A stretch of 64,000 nucleotides of DNA from Callorhinchus milii (taxonomy: Eukaryota), in the NCBI RefSeq assembly GCF_018977255.1, contig NW_024704743.1, positions 107,572,001 to 107,636,000 of the forward strand, written 5' to 3'. The notes beneath the pieces were generated by a model. It worked only from the letters and a program-made list of their open reading frames with translations, had not been told where the DNA came from and did no database searches. Below are positions 63,091-64,000 of this stretch, piece after piece. Position numbers and translations under genes: made by a program. Every line of letters begins with the position of its first letter. The first letter of the stretch is position 1.

Positions 63091-64000
63091 TGGTCATTAT
63101 TATATGACCTTATCAAATTGAACATCTTAAAACTTTTTATGAGTAATTACTATCAAGTGTAGTTAGTTTTGTCTTTGGGGTAAGATTATGAAGGAATTTA
63201 AAGGTCAGTTGAGCTTAATGAGGATGGAGGTAGTAGTTGTACAGAGCCTGGTGCAGTGTAGAATATGGGCTGCAGAGTTTTGGATGAGTTGGACCTTATG
63301 AAAGCTAGAGCTTGGAAGGCCAGCTGGATGAGAATCTAGCTACAAGGTGACAAAGAATGAACATTTGGCTATGCAATGTTCCTGAGATGGAGGAAAGTGG
63401 TCTTGATTCAGGACCAGATACGGTTTGAAAGAGAAATAGGGTAGTGGAGAAGGGAGTCAAATAAAACTCCACAGTTGTATACTAGCTAATTTAACCACAG
63501 TTAAATGGCTTTGGTTTTCTTGATGTTCAACTGACGAAAGTTAGAACTCATCCATAATATATTATTCACAGACAAGAATAACTCTTGGCAAAGTAAAATG
63601 TTTTTATTATACTGTATTCAAGTCTATTATCAAAATTGCTATATGTGCCAAGTATTATCTGAAGAATGGTTATATATTACTTCTTTATTTGAATTCAACC
63701 CTAAATTTAAATTAATTGCTGTTCATCATTGTTGTTTTGTGCCTTTTTTAATGTGACACTATAAATGTAAGTTAATTTATAGGTGCCATTTGATTTCTGA
63801 GAAGATATTACTGTTTCTGATTTTTACTATTATTTAAGAGAATTGTGAATTATGCATTTAAACCTCTGGGTTTTGGTGACTGAGAACTGCATTGCACTTG
63901 AAGGACTACTTTTACTCACTGGACTATAAATTTGTAAAATGCATTACTATTGAGAAGAAATGTGTTTCAAGAAAGTATGTAACAGACTTTGTATGGTATT

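Noticed and set aside
50200..64000. A second gene downstream (e.g. the 5' end of CHD7)
   Set aside because: No CpG island, convincing exon or recognisable peptide seen; small noncoding exons cannot be excluded.

Overview
Vertebrate genomic DNA. The repeat content (Deu-domain tRNA SINEs, L2 LINEs, shark-type CR1 tails) points to a cartilaginous fish, possibly a holocephalan; this is inference. The window holds one complete protein-coding gene, RAB2A, on the + strand. Its 8 coding exons (46+72+68+83+93+112+69+96 = 639 nt, all GT-AG introns) span 4080-47588 and encode a 212-aa Rab GTPase ending in GGGCC. It has a CpG-island promoter and a repeat-free 3' UTR of up to about 2 kb. The rest is intron and intergenic DNA rich in SINE, LINE and DNA-transposon relics. 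I found no clearly new biological system. The most notable observations are: a ~530-bp micro-inversion with templated junctions; a SINE-L2 pair sharing a 3' stem-loop; a deletion series of the SINE; long inverted repeat pairs inside the RAB2A pre-mRNA; a three-layer hAT-Charlie nest; a candidate non-autonomous Helitron; a candidate poison exon; and candidate conserved enhancer blocks. Repeat boundaries are approximate and were read by eye.
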